Assembly (NCBI RefSeq): GCF_006345805.1
Contig: NW_021826078.1
Location: forward strand, 1 to 13,723
Direction of reading: 5' to 3'
From: Octopus sinensis
Lineage: Eukaryota
DNA length: 13,723 bases
How positions within the stretch are numbered: position 1 is the first letter of the stretch; the number at the start of each line of letters is the position of its first letter. Shown here piece after piece: positions 8,715 to 13,723 of this stretch. Position numbers and translations under genes: made by a program. The notes beneath the pieces are model-generated. The model did no database searches. It was not told where the DNA came from and worked only from the letters and a program-made list of their open reading frames with translations.

Positions 8715-9195
8715 AGGAGCAGAAGTAATTGGGGAGCGAAAGAGTACGTGTGACAGCTAGGTCAGACTTGAACTGGGGAAAGCATGACGGCCAAATGGCG
8801 ATATATGACAGAGTCGACGTTTGTATTCGCCACCTCTGCCCGACTTTCAGGGATAAATTTTTCTCGGCCCGTTATTGGGTGAGATTGAGAACCCTGCTCG
8901 TCATCTCGTCCCACTGGATCAACCATATTTGGCCAGTCCCTCCGTCCAGCGTCCTACGATGTTATTTATTGGACGGCATGGATCTGCCTTTGTAGGTGTG
9001 GAACTGCGAGCCCACTGATGTTTATTGGTTAATATCTACTCCGTTCACCGCCTCGTATTCTTTTAGAGCAGTGCCGACCAGGTCTGTGTGCCGGCTGTTC
9101 AACACTATGGTGGTGACGTCGTCCGTGTAAGTTGACGTTCTTCTCCCACGTCCTAGCCACGCGGGATGCTTCTCAACGCATCCAATTTCTGCAGA
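8715..9195 (-). pseudogene. Decayed Tx1/L1-type reverse transcriptase fragment
   Basis: Minus-strand translation across stops and frameshifts: LQKLDALRSIP..GRGRRTSTYTDDVTTIV..LKEYEAVNGVDINQ*..NLSLK-RAEVAN. YTDD (9118-9129) sits at the YADD catalytic motif position. Confidence 0.8.
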
Positions 9196-9474
9196 CGTTC
9201 AACGATATGAGTGGAAAAGGTTTGTCGAAGTAGTTTGTGCAAATCCTTATAATGTTGAGCTGATGATAGAGAGGAAAGACGAGAGAGGGCAAAAAACCTA
9301 AGTGGAAGATGTCACCGTATGTGGGAAGATTCAAATAAGGCTGGCATAAAGTGCAAGGTCTAGACTGAATTTTACTGGAGAAAATCTGCATTTAATATTT
9401 GTTTTTACCTGGCCAACCCGTTTAACTTGGGCTGACAAAGCAAATTACATAGCTATGATACCGTATATTGTTGT

Positions 9475-9513
9475 ATATATGTATGTGTGTAAACACACAC
9501 ACACGCACACACG

Positions 9514-9560
<47 letters not shown>

Positions 9561-9622
9561 TTATAGAGAGGGCGAGTGGGAGAGTACGAGAGAGAAAGAG
9601 AGAAAATGAGAGAGAGAGTGAG
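9475..9622. repeat. Compound (CA)n-(TA)n-(GA)n microsatellite
   Basis: Direct observation. Confidence 0.9.
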
Positions 9623-9933
9623 TCTGCAAACACGCGCATATTTTATCTTCTCTTCTGTCATCTTATAACTTATAAAATTGTAATGGTCAGTTGGGTTAAT
9701 ATTGGATAAAATGAGAAGGGTGCAAGAGTGTTAGCGTGGGGGAAATGGGGTGGCATAGGGAGAGTGACAGATATCAGTGAAGGGGAGAACAGAGTTGTAT
9801 AATCAACAAATATTGAGTGGTAACGGGATGGTAAAGTTAATACAGCTGTATACATACCTCCGTAAATACATAGATACATACATACACATACACATGCATA
9901 CACACATACACACACATGCACATAAGTAATTTT

Positions 9934-10048
9934 TAAAACGCCGAGGAAGGGAAAGAAGGGTGGTTGTGAAGAATACGTATCGTTAAGGATAGAGGGAGTC
10001 GGGGGTCGGTAAGTTGACAACAATTGCTCACAGGCAGCGTTTTTATTG
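9934..10048 (+). repeat. ~110-bp dispersed direct repeat, copy 1
   Basis: Colinear with 12119-12225; 30-bp identical core TCGGTAAGTTGACAACAATTGCTCACAGGC (10006-10035). Confidence 0.9.
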
Positions 10049-10079
10049 TCCATCATCACGAAGCACTCACAGACTTACC

Positions 10080-10815
10080 CACACACATACATGCATACAT
10101 ACATACATACATACACGCATACATACATACATACAACATACACACACATACATACATACACACATACATACATACATACATACACGCATACATACATACA
10201 TACATACATACACACATACATACATACATGCATACATACATACATACATACATACATACATCATGCATACATACATACATACATACATACATACATACAT
10301 ACATACATTCATACAACATACACATACATACATACACACATACAACATACATACACACATACATACATACATACAACATGCATACATACATTCAGACACA
10401 TACATACATACATACACACATACATACATACATACAATACATACATTAATTCATACATACATACATACATACAATATACATACATACATACATACATACT
10501 TACATACATATATGCATACATACATACATACATACAAACGTACATACAAACATACATACATACATACATACATACATACATACATACATACGTACATACA
10601 TACATATATGCATGCATACATACATACATGCATACATAGATATATACATACATACATACATACATACATACATACATACAAACGTACATACAAACATACA
10701 TACATACATAGATACATACAAACATACATGCATACATACATATATACAAACATACATGCATACATACATACTTACATACATGCATACATACATACATACA
10801 TATACACACATGCAT
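10080..10815. repeat. Long (CATA)n array
   Basis: Direct observation; source of the HTYI/MYVC ORFs. Confidence 0.95.
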
Positions 10816-11439
10816 ATGTCTATTATACATCATTTTAAACTCGTGATTACCTGTATGTACGTTTGCAAATGTGCGTGTGTTTGAGTGTGTGTATGTGTAT
10901 GTGTGTATTTGTGTGTTTGTGTGTCACGTCTTTTAACAGTTTGTCTCTCTATTCTTGTAGGGTCTCCTCTGTTGCCGTCACATATTGTGAAATTTGAAAA
11001 TGAAGCCAAAATTTTTTAATTCGGTATATTGAAATAATTTTCCCCGTTAAATCCAATTTAGTCATTTATTTGTTCTAGAAAAAAATTTCCGAAAAATGTT
11101 ACAGAGGTTTAAAGTTTAATCAATTTTACCTAATCAGAAAACAGGATTTGGGAGCTGGCATTTTCTGCATTAATAGCTGTCTATCACAAAATGAAAGTAA
11201 AATCATTACGAGGGCAAATTTCTATTTAACCGAATGAAAATAATTTTAAAATAATTTAAAAATGAAAATATCCTCAACGATGTTTTTTTGCGAAAAATTG
11301 TACAACTCTGTCCTGATGATGAGTTCTGGTATAGTCTGACCTGGAATTAACAAAGATTTATATAAAACATTCTATTGTAAAAATTGCCCGGCATCGGCGG
11401 GCTATTCAGCAACTAATTTGTATAATCGAAGAAGCAATG

Positions 11440-12040
11440 AGGCTGGTTCCCTTAACAATTATATCATTAACTGCGTACGAGCTGTCCAGAGTTTGAGGTG
11501 TGTAATAACACCTTGTCATTCATGATGATATTCGAAGGCACAAAAGAAAAATTATGGCCTCTCAAACCATGCCTTCTATGATTTTGTAATTCTGGACCGT
11601 AGCGACATCAGATATGTCGATTTAAGACGTACAATGATTTCGAATGTGACACCGTACAGAACAAAAACCATCATTGAAGAAAGAAACAGCGGTTTGGACA
11701 TGTATTAAAGAATCCAGGACATGAGAACATTCAAACAGTTACTGTACTCTGAGCTTGGAGTTTGTTTTGTCTAAGACTGTGGAGTGGCATCTAGTTGGAG
11801 ACTCACCGGTTTCTCCAACAAGAAGACTGTGTAAATCGTGCAACATCATACACAAGAACTGAAAAATGTTATAAAAGAGGAGTGCAACAATCTAGCGGGC
11901 CACAGAACAGAAAAAAGACAAGGCACAGTAGGCAATTCTTGACAGAAACAGTCAGCACAACTTCAATGCAGGATGGTCAATGGGGGCAAAAAGATCAAAT
12001 ATCAAAGTGAGACAAAACTGGAAGCATTGCCAACGATGAT
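11440..12040 (+). mobile_element. Highly decayed RTE-like LINE 3' portion
   Basis: 11687-11759 translates, with one frameshift, as QRFGHVL/RIQDMRTFKQLLYSELG, matching the LRWxGHVxRMxDxRxPKxLLYGEL motif of RTE-type ORFs. Boundaries are approximate. Confidence 0.55.
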
Positions 12041-12118
12041 AAATATTTGGAGAGGTTATATACCGAGATGGTCGTTTTTTGTATTGTTTTGCCAAAATAT
12101 ATATATACACGCGCTATA

Positions 12119-12225
12119 TAAAACGGCGAGGAAGAGAAAGAAGGGTGGGTATGAAGAATGCTATCGTTAAGGAGAGAGGGGATCGGTAAGTTGACAACAA
12201 TTGCTCACAGGCGGCATTTTTATTG
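12119..12225 (+). repeat. ~110-bp dispersed direct repeat, copy 2
   Basis: Colinear with 9934-10048; identical core at 12183-12212. Confidence 0.9.
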
Positions 12226-12237
12226 GATATACACATA

Positions 12238-12656
12238 CTCTCTCTCTTTCTCTTTTACTTGTTTCAGTCATCTGACTGCGGCCATGCTGGAGCACCGCCT
12301 TTAGTCGAGCAAATCGACCCCGGGACTTATTCTTTGTAAGCCCAGTACTTATTCTATCGGTCTCTTTTGCCGAACCGCTAAGTGACGGGGACGTAAACAC
12401 ACCAGCATCGGTTGTCAAGCAATGCTAGGGGGACAAACATACACACACACAAACACACACACATACACATATATACATATATATACATATATACGACAGG
12501 CTTCTTTCAGTTTCCGTCTACCAAATCCACTCACAAGGCATTGGTCGGCCCAGGGCTATAGCAGAAGACACTTGCCCAAGATGCCACGCAGTGGGACTGA
12601 ACCCGGAACCATGTGGTTCGTTAGCAAGCTACTTACCACACAGCCACTCCTGCGCC
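12238..12656 (-). mobile_element. Full-length SINE family A
   Basis: tRNA-like head GGCGCAGGAGTGGCTGTGTGG...GGTTCAGTCCC, short internal (TA)/(TG) tract, 3' end GAAACAAGTAAAAGA plus (GA)n tail. Confidence 0.95.
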
Positions 12657-12866
12657 TATATTTGTTCTATATATATTTGCTATATATTTGCGCTATATAT
12701 TTGTTCTTCCCTTTATCGATATTATTTTTCTTATTTAAGTGTCCTTTGAAATTTTTCGTCACACATCCTGTGACCGCTTCAGCGACTCTCCATCCCAAGT
12801 GTCTCTTCCTGTTCTGTTTAGACCAACAAATAATAAAGCTAAAGTGAAGAATGAATATGAAATATT

Positions 12867-13308
12867 GCGCAGGAGTGGCTGTGTGGTAAGTAGCTTGCTA
12901 ACCAACCACATGGTTCCGGGTTCAGTCCCACTGCGTGGCATCTTGGGCAAGTGTCTTCTGCTATATAGCCCCGGGCCGACCAATGCCTTGTGAGTGTATT
13001 TGGTAGACGGAAACTGGAAGAAGCCTGTCGTATATATGTATATATATATATATATATGTATGTGTGGTGTGTGTTTGTGTGTCTGTGTTTGTCCCCCAGC
13101 ATTGCTTGACAACGATGCTGGTGTGTTTACGTCCCCGTCACTTGGCGGTTCGGCAAAAAGAGACCGAGATAGAATAAGTACTGGGCTTACAAAGAATAAG
13201 GTCCCGGGGTCGATTTGCTCGACTAAAAAAGGCGGTGCTCCAGCTGGCCGCAGTCAAATGACTGAAACAAGTAAAAGAGTAAAGAGTAAAGAGTAATGAG
13301 TAAAGAGT
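12867..13308 (+). mobile_element. Full-length SINE family A
   Basis: Same structure with a (GAGTAAA)n tail; near-identical reverse complement of 12238-12656. Confidence 0.95.
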
Positions 13309-13580
13309 GTGTTTATTTGGCAAAGAAAAAAAATGCCAATCTCGAAATATAACAGTATCAGTTTCAACACGCGATTTCCCATCAGGAATCTTGCTAAACA
13401 AACACATAAACGAATTTGGAAGATAATTATCTTGAAAATCCTTTGTATATTGTATGTGTGTGTGTACTCGTGACTATATGTGCATGCGTTTGTACTTGTA
13501 AACACTCTAAATGCGCATAGCTGTGTGCGTGTGCACTTCAACAGATTTTCCCAATGAATCGGGTTATCTAATAAATGCAT

Positions 13581-13583
13581 AAT

Positions 13584-13655
<72 letters not shown>

Positions 13656-13664
13656 ATGTATGTA
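13581..13664. repeat. (TA)n-(TG)n-(TATG)n microsatellite
   Basis: Direct observation. Confidence 0.95.
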
Positions 13665-13723
13665 TACGACGGGCTTGTTTCAGTTTCTGTCTAGCAAATC
13701 CACTCACAAGGCTTTGGTCAATC
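13665..13723 (-). mobile_element. SINE family A fragment running off the window
   Basis: TACGACGGGCTTGTTTCAGTTTCTGTCTAGCAAATCCACTCACAAGGCTTTGGTC matches 12492-12546. Confidence 0.85.

Noticed and set aside
7259-9195. RT relic and zinc-knuckle fragment as one interrupted LINE
   Set aside because: The order is compatible, but the RT piece is more decayed, the intervening ORF2 sequence is absent, and the 3' piece has its own flanking 16-bp repeat.
10014-10884. Long HTYI/MYVC-rich ORFs (also at 2467-2931, 3753-4577 and 4908-5608)
   Set aside because: Translations of (CATA)n, (CA)n and (GATA)n repeats, which lack stop codons in most frames.
12867-12940. tRNA gene (also the heads at ~2000-2070 and ~8420-8510)
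   Set aside because: A and B boxes are present but there is no convincing cloverleaf, and each continues into a SINE body.
12422-13296. Recurrent ORFs such as WSARGYSRRHLPKMPRSGTEPGTMW
   Set aside because: Antisense and sense translations of SINE family A.
13350-13390. Minus-strand CTGATGG...GAAAC hammerhead-like match
   Set aside because: A9 is missing and neither helix I nor helix II pairs convincingly; probably chance.

Overview
Repeat-dominated, AT-rich eukaryotic DNA, most likely intronic or intergenic sequence from an octopus-like cephalopod. That assignment comes from recognising the SINE and microsatellite repertoire and was not checked against a database. No intact protein-coding gene is visible, and almost every ORF in the track is a translated microsatellite or SINE. 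Contents: 8 copies or fragments of one tRNA-derived SINE with an internal microsatellite (family A), including a young near-identical inverted pair at 12238-13308; two other tRNA-SINEs with target-site duplications; a co-oriented train of Tx1/L1-like LINE remnants and a SINE joined by (TAA)/(TGA) repeats (6919-9195); a decayed RTE-like LINE; Penelope-like fragments, one with a minimal hammerhead-ribozyme-like motif (4259-4296, minus) and one fold-back hairpin (979-1071); three copies of an unclassified TIR-bearing repeat (2084-3356); a ~110-bp direct repeat pair 2.2 kb apart; many simple repeats; and one or two candidate small exons. I see no clear evidence of a wholly new system. The best leads are the variant-core hammerhead, the microsatellite-linked retroelement train and the inverted SINE dsRNA substrate.
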